A stretch of 64,000 nucleotides of DNA from Candidatus Tayloriibacteriota bacterium (GTDB lineage: Bacteria > Patescibacteriota > Minisyncoccia > Phycocordibacterales > PALSA-1337), in the NCBI GenBank assembly GCA_028286665.1, contig JAQBRD010000026.1, positions 7,967-71,966 of the forward strand, given 5' to 3'. The position numbers and the translations under genes were made by a program. Shown here piece after piece: positions 9,512-18,552 of this stretch. Positions within the stretch are counted from its first letter, which is position 1. Each line of letters starts with the position of its first letter. The notes below the pieces were generated by a model. That model saw only the letters and a program-made list of their open reading frames with translations, did not search any database and had not been told where the DNA came from.

Positions 9512-9964
9512 TTATCGGCCTGTCGACGATGCCGTATCAGGACGACTTGCTGGGCGAAGCTGGATCGATTGGGCAGTGACGCTTCCGTCGCTATTGGCAG
9601 AGCCGCTCACCATCACCTGGGTATTCGTCTGGATATCGTCGACAGTTCCGGTAGCTGTCTTCATTATTGCGGTATTTGCTCCGAAGAATACGATCTTCGA
9701 GCCGCCTTCCCGAAGGCTGATCGTGATGCTCTTGTCGTCTTTGGAGATGACTGATCCTGTGATTAAATTGCCGCGCATATTCATGCCGCTGCCTGCGCCT
9801 CTCGTGCCGCCGTTCCTATTTCCGAATGCAGCGCCTGCTGCGCTGTTTTGTGCGCCTGACTGGGCCTGCGCCGCTGTTCCATTCTTTCCGTATGCATTTC
9901 CTGCATAAAAAGCGGCAGCTGCGAGCACTACCATTCCTACGACTATCTTTGTCTTCATGTTCAT
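9512..9964 (-). CDS. Exported OB-fold/DUF5666-like protein of the efflux operon
   Basis: N-terminal TM, Gly-rich linker, 'GSVISKDDKSITI...GGSKIVF...VSGSANSDGSVTAQSIQ'. Confidence 0.65.
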   Translation of the reverse strand: MNMKTKIVVGMVVLAAAAFYAGNAYGKNGTAAQAQSGAQNSAAGAAFGNRNGGTRGAGSGMNMRGNLITGSVISKDDKSITISLREGGSKIVFFGANTAIMKTATGTVDDIQTNTQVMVSGSANSDGSVTAQSIQLRPASRPDTASSTGR

Positions 9965-10018
9965 ATGATATATTGAGTTTATTATTTGAATAAGATTCTG
10001 CATATATTCTATTGCGCG

Positions 10019-11242
10019 CTATTCGTATCTGAGCGCCTCGATCGGATTGAGCATCGCTGCCCGCCGCGCCGGATAATATCCGAAGACGATGCCGATCGCT
10101 GCCGATACTCCGAAGGCAAGCAGTATCGACGATAGGGAAACCGACGTCTGCAGCACTCCGAAATACGATACTGCATAGGATATCAGCCACCCGAGGATGA
10201 CGCCGATCACGCCGCTGATGAACGTGAGCATGACGGCTTCGACGAGGAACTGCGTGTTGATGTCCTTCCGCTTTGCGCCGATCGCCTTGCGGAGGCCTAT
10301 CTCGCGGGTTCGTTCGGTGACTGTGGTGAGCATCATGTTCATGATGCCGATGCCGCCGACGACGAGCGATATGCCCGCGACGGCTGCAAGCAGGATCGTG
10401 AATGTGGAGGTCACGCTCGATGCTGCGGCGACGATGTCGCTCTGATTGAGCGTGCTGAAGTCAGCGGATGCTGCGTCCCTGATGCGGTGCCGTTCGAGAA
10501 GGAGATCGGTGATCTGCTGCTGGACGGCAGACATCGAATCGGCATCCGCTGCCTGCACGCTGATCGTCGAGACATAATCGTCGCCGGCGAGGAATTTCTG
10601 AGCGGTGGAGAGCGGAATGAAGACCATGTCGTCCTGGCTTCCGAACCCGCTGCCGCCCTTCGCTTTCGTAATGCCGACGATCTTGAATTCGGTTCCTTTG
10701 ATGCGGATAGTCTGGCCGATGGGATCGATTCCCGCATTGAAGAGATCGTCTCTCACGGTCGGACCGATGACCGCTACTCTCGCCAGGCTCTTGTTATTCA
10801 GATCGGAAATGAATGTTCCTTCGTCGACCGTGATGTTCCTCACGTCCGGATATGCCTGGACGGTGCCGATGACGGAGGTATTGGTATTCTTGCCTTTGCT
10901 TGTCACCTGATATCTGCCGGAGAGTTCTGGCGCGACAGCCTTCGCCGTAGTCACTCCCTTGACGATGGCATCCGCATCAGCTTGCGTGAGCGTCCGAGCG
11001 GATCCCCGTCCAGCACTTACTTGCGCGCCTGGGCCTCGCTGCGCGCCGGGCATGACGAGGATGAGATTCGATCCGATCGATTGGATGCTCGACTGGATCG
11101 AACTCTGCGCTCCTTGACCGATCGAGACCATGGCGATGACGGAGCTGATGCCGATGATGATGCCGAGCATGGTCAAGCCGGATCGTACCTTGTTGGATGA
11201 AAGGGCGGAATATGTTTCGTGAAGGATGTCGAATGTAGTCAT
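10019..11242 (-). CDS. MacB/FtsX-type ABC permease
   Basis: RSGLTMLGIIIG, SLVVGGIGIMNMML..VTERTREIGLRKAIGA, PARRAA.LNPIEALRYE; start at MTTFD. Confidence 0.93.
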   Translation of the reverse strand: MTTFDILHETYSALSSNKVRSGLTMLGIIIGISSVIAMVSIGQGAQSSIQSSIQSIGSNLILVMPGAQRGPGAQVSAGRGSARTLTQADADAIVKGVTTAKAVAPELSGRYQVTSKGKNTNTSVIGTVQAYPDVRNITVDEGTFISDLNNKSLARVAVIGPTVRDDLFNAGIDPIGQTIRIKGTEFKIVGITKAKGGSGFGSQDDMVFIPLSTAQKFLAGDDYVSTISVQAADADSMSAVQQQITDLLLERHRIRDAASADFSTLNQSDIVAAASSVTSTFTILLAAVAGISLVVGGIGIMNMMLTTVTERTREIGLRKAIGAKRKDINTQFLVEAVMLTFISGVIGVILGWLISYAVSYFGVLQTSVSLSSILLAFGVSAAIGIVFGYYPARRAAMLNPIEALRYE

Positions 11243-11252
11243 GATGTTGCGA

Positions 11253-11978
11253 TTAGGTCTGATTGAGGGGAATGTAATGACGTGCGGTGCGCTTCGTATG
11301 ATGCTTCTTGTCTTCGACGATCTCGCCGTCCTTGATGACGATGATGCGGTCGGCATGCTCCGCGACGTCTGGCTCGTGGGTGATGAGGATGATGGTGTTT
11401 CCGAAATCCTTATTGAGCTTCTGGAATGTGCCGAGCACGATCTCGCCGGTCCTCGAGTCGAGGTTTCCGGTCGGTTCGTCGGCGAGTATGAGCGAGGGAT
11501 TGTTCACGAGGGCGCGCGCGATGGCGACGCGCTGGATCTGTCCGCCGGAAAGCTGATTCGAAAGATGGTGGAAATGCGATTCAGGAAGGCCGGCAGCGAG
11601 GAGCGAAGCCTTCGCTTTCTTCACGCGCTCTTCTTCGGGCATTCCTGCATAGACGAGGGGAAGCATGACGTTCCTGAGGACGGTCGTACGGGGAAGCAGG
11701 TTGAAGGATTGGAAGACGAAGCCGATCTTGTCCCTGCGTATTTCAGCGAGCCGGTCATCGGAAAGCGTCGACACGTCATGGCCGTCGAGGAAATATTTCC
11801 CGCTCGTCGGCGTATCGAGCGCTCCGAGGATGTGCATGAGCGTGGATTTGCCGGAACCCGAAGGTCCCATGATCGCCACGAATTCGCCGTCCTTCACCGT
11901 GAAAGAGACGCCTTTCAATGCCTTGAATTCGATGTCGCCGCTGTTGTATATTTTCGTTACGTTTTTTACTTCGATCAT
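11253..11978 (-). CDS. MacB/LolD-type ABC ATPase
   Basis: GPSGSGKST, LSGGQ, ILADEPTGNLD, ITHE. Confidence 0.95.
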   Translation of the reverse strand: MIEVKNVTKIYNSGDIEFKALKGVSFTVKDGEFVAIMGPSGSGKSTLMHILGALDTPTSGKYFLDGHDVSTLSDDRLAEIRRDKIGFVFQSFNLLPRTTVLRNVMLPLVYAGMPEEERVKKAKASLLAAGLPESHFHHLSNQLSGGQIQRVAIARALVNNPSLILADEPTGNLDSRTGEIVLGTFQKLNKDFGNTIILITHEPDVAEHADRIIVIKDGEIVEDKKHHTKRTARHYIPLNQT

Positions 11979-12007
11979 GGATAGTGTATATGCTTCGCTG
12001 TCTGCTG

Positions 12008-13705
12008 CTATCTGCCCTGGAGTCCGCCGCGATTCGCTCCGCCTGCGCCGGCCGCCCGTCCGCCTACTGCGCTCAAGATGTTCGGAGCGGCCGCTGCCTT
12101 CGTTGCGCCTGTCGTGATGGTCCGGGTGACGATCTGTTCGCCTTCTTTCAAGCCGGAGGTTATTTCGGTGAGCGTATCATTGGCGATGCCGATTTCGACT
12201 GTGCGCTGCGTCGGCGGCGTCGATGACGAGGTGAACATCTCGACATACGAAGTCCCGTTCGCTGATTTCACTGCAGCATTCGGCACAGAGATGACATCGC
12301 TCTTGACGCCGGTGATGATCGCTGCGCTTACGCTCATGCCCGATTTCACGCGTTCATCCTGCGTGTCGAATGCGATCTTGACGCCATAGTTGACGACTCC
12401 TTGGGTGACAGTCCCCACGCCGTCGATCTCTGAAACGCTTCCGGTGATGCTCAGGCCGTCTATCGCATCGAACGTGAGGGTGACTTTGTCGCCGACTTTT
12501 ATCTTCGAGACATCTACTTCGTTGAGGGTGACGGTCGCGATCTTCTGCTTCGTGATGAGCGTCGAGACGCTTGCTCCGCTCGAGACAGTGTCGGTCAGCT
12601 TCACGCTGACTTTCGCGATGACTCCGTCGAATGGGGCGCGGATGAAACTGTCATCATATGCGTATTGCTTCTGCTTGAGGGACAGCTGCTGCGATGCGAC
12701 ATCAAGCGGGTCAGCTCCGCTCTGGAGCTTCTTCAGGGATTCGCTCTTTTCTGCGACTGAAGTGGCTGAACTTGCCAAACTCGACTTGTCATTTGCGATG
12801 GATGTGTTCGCGTTGGAGATATTCGTAAGATCCGAATTCACCTTGCTTGTCCAGCTGTTGACGCTGGTCTGGAATGACGCAAGTCCGCTCGTATTATATG
12901 TGTTCGCGCTCTGTATCGCATCGGCGACGGCCTTCGCGTCTTTCACTGCGATCGCGAGAGCTCGGACAGTCTCGAATGTTTCGATTGAAAGGCTCTCGAT
13001 CGATGTCGTGCCGCTCGATGCTGAAATCTGCTGATAGTGCGAAAGATTCGCATTGTATTTCCTCAGAGCGATGTCGAACGCGACTCCGGCCTGATCCCGA
13101 GTGTCCTTGATATTCTGGCCTACTGAACCGAGGTTCTGATCCGTGAGGAAGCCATTGCTCGAATAGAAAGATGTCCGCATTCCGTCGATGATCGAGGGCA
13201 TGTCCACGAAGGATCCCGCTGCGGCCGCAAGGGCATTGTTGTAATCATTCGCAAGATTGTCGGCAGACTTTCGCTGGGATTCGTTTGCTGCGGCGAGATC
13301 ATTCTGCTTCTGAAGAAGAGTTTCCGCATCCGCAGGCTTGGTGAGCTTCTGATATGCGATGCGCGCGCTCTCGAGATCGATCTCGGCGCTGCGGGCGTCG
13401 ACCCGCGCGATGAGGTCGCCCGCGGCGACTTCTTGTCCGCTCTTCACTCCGATATACACGATATTCCCGGAGGCTTTGCTCTTGAGATCGACTTCGTTCG
13501 AAGCTGAAACCTGCCCGCTGCCGCTGATTGAGGAGATGATGGTGTTTTTCTGCACGACTGCAGAGACATACGCAGTTTTTACTGCAGTGCCGGCATATGC
13601 ATTGATGATCTTGTAGCCGCCGAAGATGGCAGCTAGAACGATGACCGCGCTGAGTACTTTGTGCGCAGCGATGTATTCTCTGATGCTGTGGATGTGTTTC
13701 TTCAT
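12008..13705 (-). CDS. MacA/HlyD-type membrane fusion (adaptor) protein
   Basis: N-terminal TM, lipoyl halves, long coiled coil, IRAPFDG, 'GLKEGEQIV'. Confidence 0.9.
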   Translation of the reverse strand: MKKHIHSIREYIAAHKVLSAVIVLAAIFGGYKIINAYAGTAVKTAYVSAVVQKNTIISSISGSGQVSASNEVDLKSKASGNIVYIGVKSGQEVAAGDLIARVDARSAEIDLESARIAYQKLTKPADAETLLQKQNDLAAANESQRKSADNLANDYNNALAAAAGSFVDMPSIIDGMRTSFYSSNGFLTDQNLGSVGQNIKDTRDQAGVAFDIALRKYNANLSHYQQISASSGTTSIESLSIETFETVRALAIAVKDAKAVADAIQSANTYNTSGLASFQTSVNSWTSKVNSDLTNISNANTSIANDKSSLASSATSVAEKSESLKKLQSGADPLDVASQQLSLKQKQYAYDDSFIRAPFDGVIAKVSVKLTDTVSSGASVSTLITKQKIATVTLNEVDVSKIKVGDKVTLTFDAIDGLSITGSVSEIDGVGTVTQGVVNYGVKIAFDTQDERVKSGMSVSAAIITGVKSDVISVPNAAVKSANGTSYVEMFTSSSTPPTQRTVEIGIANDTLTEITSGLKEGEQIVTRTITTGATKAAAAPNILSAVGGRAAGAGGANRGGLQGR

Positions 13706-13713
13706 ATGGATTA

Positions 13714-14235
13714 TTATTTGATCGATGAGGTTGCTGCCATTATTCCCGCGGCTTCCGGCGGCGGAGGGAGGATGCGGATGAGCTTCGCTACGACCTGTCC
13801 TTGCTCGTTCGGCGTGCCGATGACGATGACCGTATCATCGACTGCGATATCTCCCGCAGCAACCGTATCGTGGAATTTTCGGATGATGGTGTTGTTGTCG
13901 ATGAGCACGGATTTCTCGATATTCTTCACGTCAGCGACGATGATGGTGGTCGAAGCAGTGCGCACGACCTTGCCGACTGCTCCATGAGATCCTGCGAAAT
14001 CATTCTGATCGAACGGGTTCATCATGCTGCCCATGCTGACGCGGCTCGGGGCTTTCTTCTCCCGGTCGAATGCTCGGTAATAACTTTCGCCTGATCGGTA
14101 TGAGAAGGCTGCCTTATGATATCCGACGAATACTCCGGCCTGGAAAATGACGAGGAGGACGATGATCAGGAGGATGCCGACGATGACGCCTTGGAATTTT
14201 TTCGACTTATGCAGATTATGGATATCGATGTTCAT
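13714..14235 (-). CDS. Membrane-anchored hypothetical protein (OB-fold-like C-terminus)
   Basis: TM helix, 'HGAVGKV', 'VIGTPNEQGQVVAKLIR'; within the ECF/efflux operon. Confidence 0.65.
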   Translation of the reverse strand: MNIDIHNLHKSKKFQGVIVGILLIIVLLVIFQAGVFVGYHKAAFSYRSGESYYRAFDREKKAPSRVSMGSMMNPFDQNDFAGSHGAVGKVVRTASTTIIVADVKNIEKSVLIDNNTIIRKFHDTVAAGDIAVDDTVIVIGTPNEQGQVVAKLIRILPPPPEAAGIMAATSSIK

Positions 14236-14286
14236 GATGAAATTTTTTTGTAAATAAATATGCTCAAATATTCCGCGACGTAGCCG

Positions 14287-14658
14287 CTATGCCGCCAAGG
14301 CAACCGTGGTGTTCTTGATCGCTCTCGCTCCCGACCAGAGGAATACGCAGAACACGCCGAGCAGGATGGCGATGCCGAAGATCGGCAGCGAATCGACGAT
14401 CGAGAGCGTCAGCTCCTTCCAATAATCAAGCGCTCCGGTCCCGTCGGAAAGAGCGGCCGATACGTATTCGAATGCTCCTGATTGGGAGAGCGTGTCCTTC
14501 ACCGATGCGAAGCTGAATACCGCTGCTGAAAGCGAAATGATGCTGATCGATCCTGAGCAGATGCTCCGTCTGATGCAGGCGCTCTTTTCTGCCTTGCGAA
14601 TCCTGAGGATGATGATCTGCTCGAAATTATTCGGAAATGGGGTCGTAGAGTAGTTCAT
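14287..14658 (-). CDS. Putative anti-sigma factor (two TM)
   Basis: Directly follows the ECF sigma; short basic N-terminus plus two TM helices. Confidence 0.55.
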   Translation of the reverse strand: MNYSTTPFPNNFEQIIILRIRKAEKSACIRRSICSGSISIISLSAAVFSFASVKDTLSQSGAFEYVSAALSDGTGALDYWKELTLSIVDSLPIFGIAILLGVFCVFLWSGARAIKNTTVALAA

Positions 14659-14666
14659 GGCGTTAG

Positions 14667-15266
14667 TTATATATACGTGCCCTGGCCTGGTTTTGGTGCA
14701 TCCTTGAGCTTGGCCAATGTTCGACGGTATCTGCTCTTCACGGTATTCATGGGCTTTTTCAAGATCTCAGCGATCTCTTCGAACGTGAGCATTTCATAAT
14801 GATGGAGGAGGATGATCGTCCGTTCGTCGGGCGGCAGGGAAGCAAGCATGCTCTCGATTCTTTCCGCAAGCTCTTTCTTCTCGAAGATCTCATCGGCAAG
14901 CGGCTCGCCGTCGGGAATGGCGTTTCCGAATTGTTCCGCGGCATCATCGGATGATCTCGAGCGATCCGCATCGATGTCGGTGAAAGTCGCCGGGCGCTTC
15001 TTGCGGAGCCAGTCGATCGCAGTGTTGCGCGCGATCGCGAAAAGCCAGGGCTTGAAGCCTGCTTTCTCGGAATCGAATTTCCTGATGTGCTTCCACGATT
15101 TCATGAATATTTCCTGGACGATATCCTGAGCGTCCGTCGGATTTCCGGCGAGATGATACGTGAAAGCGAATATCGATTTCGAATATCGACGCACGATGAC
15201 GTCAAAGGCCCCGACGTCTCCGTCGATATACGCCTGCACAAGTTCGGTGTCGGTTCGCGTATCCAT
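14667..15266 (-). CDS. ECF (group 4) RNA polymerase sigma factor
   Basis: Region 2 'DAQDIVQEIF.K.W...FKPWLFAIARN..IDWLRK', region 4 'TFEEIAEIL..PMNTVKSR'. Confidence 0.93.
   Translation of the reverse strand: MDTRTDTELVQAYIDGDVGAFDVIVRRYSKSIFAFTYHLAGNPTDAQDIVQEIFMKSWKHIRKFDSEKAGFKPWLFAIARNTAIDWLRKKRPATFTDIDADRSRSSDDAAEQFGNAIPDGEPLADEIFEKKELAERIESMLASLPPDERTIILLHHYEMLTFEEIAEILKKPMNTVKSRYRRTLAKLKDAPKPGQGTYI
14672..14700 (-). promoter_or_regulatory. Candidate ECF-type promoter inside the 3' end of the sigma gene
   Basis: Minus strand TGCACC-17 nt-CGTATA, 13 nt before the anti-sigma ATG; resembles the SigW-type TGAAAC...CGTA consensus. Confidence 0.45.
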
Positions 15267-15314
15267 TATGTGTGAAATGAGTTGCTGGCAACTGCCAGCT
15301 TTTTCGAACGCAGC

Positions 15315-16277
15315 CTACTCGCCGCAGGTGAGGCATGCGATCGAGCCGCTCCAGCTTCGACCGGTATATATCGCATTCATGAGTCCGACGATCGAGAGCG
15401 CGCTATTGGTCGAGATTTTGATCGGGGTATGCTGCCGTACAAGCTCCTGCGCGATCTCGATCGATTCGTTCGTGGCGATCCATCCGCTGCCGCCGGTCTT
15501 CTCGATGAGGGGGATGAGCTTCGTCCTGCGGATCGCCGTATGGTCGACAATCGCATCCGCGATCGAAGTTTCGCCGCCGCCGTCAGCTGTCACGATGTCT
15601 TCATTGAAAGCGTCTGACATCGGGTGGCAGGAGGATGTCTGCACGATATGGACTTCGATCGGCGCGCGAGCTTTGCCGTTCTTGCCGTTGTGCGCGAGGA
15701 AATATTCCGCGAGCGCCTGCGCAGTCGTCCCTGAAGATGCGCCGACGAAGACTGCTCGCAGATCGGGAATTGCCATGAGCTCCTCGGCGAGCGATTCGTA
15801 TCCGATGAGCGCAACGTCGTCATTCGATTGCCGGAGGCCGCGCATTGTCGGATCCTGGGTTCTTGTGAAGAGCGCCTGGAGCGGCCGCTCATGGGAATTC
15901 ACTCGGATATGCTCGCTCTTGAGCGCTTCGAGCTTCGCCCGCTTATGCGGAGCGATCTTCAGTCCGATGAAGATGTCGAGGGTGATGGGTTCTGCCTGAG
16001 CGGCTTCTATATCATTGAGCTGCTTGATATAGAGCGCGGCAGCAAGCGCTGCGTTTCCTGAGGATGAAATGACGAAAGAACGGATGCCGTCGGCGAGGCC
16101 TTTGTCGATCATGATCGAAATGGATCGGCCCTTGTGCGAGCCGAGCGGGTGGAGATCCTCTCGTTTCAGATACAGGTGATCGATGCCGGTTATCGCTGCT
16201 GCAAGTTCCGGATATGATTCGTGCGGCGTGACTGGCGCGGTCTGTGTTTTGGGCGCGACGGCGGTTGCTGATGTCAT
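15315..16277 (-). CDS. Fold-type II PLP-dependent enzyme (threonine synthase/cysteine synthase-like)
   Basis: YLKREDLHPLGSHKGR (PLP lysine), SSSGNAA, VGASSGTT phosphate loop, C-terminal TCG. Confidence 0.85.
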   Translation of the reverse strand: MTSATAVAPKTQTAPVTPHESYPELAAAITGIDHLYLKREDLHPLGSHKGRSISIMIDKGLADGIRSFVISSSGNAALAAALYIKQLNDIEAAQAEPITLDIFIGLKIAPHKRAKLEALKSEHIRVNSHERPLQALFTRTQDPTMRGLRQSNDDVALIGYESLAEELMAIPDLRAVFVGASSGTTAQALAEYFLAHNGKNGKARAPIEVHIVQTSSCHPMSDAFNEDIVTADGGGETSIADAIVDHTAIRRTKLIPLIEKTGGSGWIATNESIEIAQELVRQHTPIKISTNSALSIVGLMNAIYTGRSWSGSIACLTCGE

Positions 16278-16326
16278 ATTGCTATACTACACCGTTTTCG
16301 GTACTATATAAAGCACAAACATATTT

Positions 16327-16497
16327 ATGAAAAAAACCTGCATCTGTCCCGAATGTAAGAACCAGATCGACCTGTCCCGCTATCCAGACATCAAGGAAGG
16401 CCTCGTCATCGAATGCAATTTCTGCGGCATAACGCTCGAAGTCACCGACATCGTCGGAGAGAACATCGTCACGGAGATCGTGGACGAAGGGAAGTAG
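16327..16497 (+). CDS. LysW/AmCP-like zinc-ribbon small protein (56 aa), absent from the ORF track
   Basis: Manual translation MKKTCICPECKNQIDLSRYPDIKEGLVIECNFCGITLEVTDIVGENIVTEIVDEGK; CPEC and CxxCG.xLEV spacing as in LysW; host-like codon usage. Confidence 0.8.
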   Translation: MKKTCICPECKNQIDLSRYPDIKEGLVIECNFCGITLEVTDIVGENIVTEIVDEGK

Positions 16498-16501
16498 CCT
16501 C

Positions 16502-17302
16502 TCACTTTATTACGAAATGAGTTCCAAGCCGTTTCCTCAGGCGTTCGGCTTTGTTTTTGTTGCGCTCCAGCTTCAATTTGTAGCGATGCTTTTGCTGAAC
16601 CGCGCTCTCGATCATTCGCATAAGCTCCGCATCGTCTTTGGCGTTTCGATATGCATCATCGATGAGCTTGAAGAGCTTCTCGTCTATCTTCGTATTCAAT
16701 ATATAGTCGCCGAACAGCGTGATGTTATCGAGGTGCGAGAATGTCGGTACCGATTCGAAATGAATCTGGTACGTGTCACTCTTGTGCTTCCGTGCGAAAT
16801 TCTTATCGAAACGCGAAGGATACCCGATAGTATGGCATACGATCATACGGCGCTTTTTTGTATATGCGATGAAGTCCTCTTCGCTCTTCTTTCGATCGGG
16901 CATGCGTATCCAGAAATTATGCGATCCATAAAAATATATCCCGGCGCCTTCCGTATCCCGCTCAAGGATGAACATGTAATGTTTCCAGAGCTTATCCATC
17001 TGCGAAGCGGAACTCACTTCGAATGCCATGCTCTCGCCCTCTTCGATCTCTGGACTGATGTCGTGCTGGGTGAGCATTTCCGACATGGCTTTTTTCCATT
17101 CGCTGCTGATCGAGAAAATGCCTTTTGATCGTATTGCAATGTCAGCAGCCTCGAGCTGCTTGAGAGCCTTATACAGGCCTGAAACGCTCAGGTAAAAGCC
17201 GTGCTCTTTCAGCTTCCGGCTGATTTCGGATGCGGTATTCGGTTTCAAGAGCAGGATTTTGACGATCCTGTCAGCTGTTTTCTGCGTGCTTATTTGCATC
17301 AT
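16502..17302 (-). CDS. Winged-helix transcription regulator-like protein
   Basis: N-terminal wHTH 'TASEISRKL....SVSGLYKALKQL', C-terminal TrmB-like effector region. Confidence 0.65.
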   Translation of the reverse strand: MMQISTQKTADRIVKILLLKPNTASEISRKLKEHGFYLSVSGLYKALKQLEAADIAIRSKGIFSISSEWKKAMSEMLTQHDISPEIEEGESMAFEVSSASQMDKLWKHYMFILERDTEGAGIYFYGSHNFWIRMPDRKKSEEDFIAYTKKRRMIVCHTIGYPSRFDKNFARKHKSDTYQIHFESVPTFSHLDNITLFGDYILNTKIDEKLFKLIDDAYRNAKDDAELMRMIESAVQQKHRYKLKLERNKNKAERLRKRLGTHFVIK

Positions 17303-17318
17303 TCACTGTATGTTATTT

Positions 17319-17335
17319 TTCTACTAAAAGTAGAA
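17319..17335. promoter_or_regulatory. Palindromic operator candidate
   Basis: TTCTACT-AAA-AGTAGAA between the divergent regulator and binding-protein genes. Confidence 0.55.
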
Positions 17336-17397
17336 TTTTGACTAATTATGATATAAAAAATAGCTTTGTGCAAGTTTCCTCCGGTACGATGCTGGAT

Positions 17398-18549
17398 ATG
17401 AATAAATGCAATTATCGAAGCGCCGTTATCGCAAGTTCAATAGTGCTGTTCGTCATTCTTATTGCCGTTCTCAGCAAACACCCTTCATCAGGGTCATCGC
17501 GTGGAAAAGAGCCGATACGGATAGGCCTCGCAATCGGACTTACCGGGTATGCTGCCAATTGGGGCTCGGGAGAGCAGAAGGCAGTCGAGCTTGCGCTTGA
17601 TGAATATTCGGCAAAATTGGATGTGCCCATCAAGCTTGTCGTTGAGGATACGAAATCCGATGGCATCGGCACCGTCAACGCTATCCAGAAGCTCGTCGAA
17701 GTCGACCATGTCCAAGCTATCATCGGACCGACGTGGGGCGACAGTTTCCAGGGCGGTCTTCCGATTGCGGAGAAAGCCAAGGTGGCCATGATTTCGCCGA
17801 GCGCAGCCATGGAGGCGATAGAGAATAGGGGCAGCTTCGGTTATTTCTTTTCGACATGGTGGCCTCAGCAGCAGGAAGTCAGTGCGCTCGCATCACGTAT
17901 CACAAAGGATCATGCGAAGACCGTCTACATCATCCATGATCAGGATTCCTTCAATTTAAAATTCAGCGACATGTTCCAGGACGCGATCGCATCCGCCGAT
18001 CCAGGCATAAGAATTCAGCGCGTCACTGCGCCTATCAGCGCGAATGATTTCAGAACATATGTCACAAAGATAAAGGATGCTAAGCCGGATGCGATATTTG
18101 CGCTGTTCCAGGATACCGGATCAGTGGGGTCATTGATGAAACAACTCAAAGAGCAGGGAGTCGTGGCGAAAGTGTATTCGTCGACATCTGCTCAGAACGA
18201 AGGGAATCTGAAAAAGTTCCCAGGATATTTCGATGGCCTGCGATATTCATATCCTTCCTATGAAGACGATTCGAGATATGCGGCTCTCAAGAGGAAATTT
18301 ATTGAAAAATACGGATCCGGAGCTGATGAAGGTCCCGCATTCGTGAATGCATACAATGCTTCGGTCGTTCTCCTCGAGTCGATCAAGGCAGGGGCAAGGA
18401 CAGGCGAAGAAATTCGAAAGGCACTTGGAAAGATACGCATGCCAGGCGTTGGCGTAGAAGAACTATCATTCGATATGAACAATCAGATTGGAAATGTCAC
18501 TTACCTCATAAAGACTGTGAAGGGAAATTCCTTCGTACGGCTGGACTAA
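17398..18549 (+). CDS. LivJ/LivK-type (branched-chain amino acid family) substrate-binding protein, membrane-anchored
   Basis: IRIG...LTG.AA.WG, LVVEDT, AIIGP, DFRT..TKIK..KPDA; start at 17398 lies 7 nt after TACGAT. Confidence 0.85.
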   Translation: MNKCNYRSAVIASSIVLFVILIAVLSKHPSSGSSRGKEPIRIGLAIGLTGYAANWGSGEQKAVELALDEYSAKLDVPIKLVVEDTKSDGIGTVNAIQKLVEVDHVQAIIGPTWGDSFQGGLPIAEKAKVAMISPSAAMEAIENRGSFGYFFSTWWPQQQEVSALASRITKDHAKTVYIIHDQDSFNLKFSDMFQDAIASADPGIRIQRVTAPISANDFRTYVTKIKDAKPDAIFALFQDTGSVGSLMKQLKEQGVVAKVYSSTSAQNEGNLKKFPGYFDGLRYSYPSYEDDSRYAALKRKFIEKYGSGADEGPAFVNAYNASVVLLESIKAGARTGEEIRKALGKIRMPGVGVEELSFDMNNQIGNVTYLIKTVKGNSFVRLD

Positions 18550-18552
18550 ATC

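Noticed and set aside
16327-16497. Canonical LysW-dependent lysine/arginine biosynthesis
   Set aside because: No EDWGE terminus and no lysZ/lysY/lysJ/lysK-like genes in the window; the ATP-grasp protein is not RimK/LysX-like
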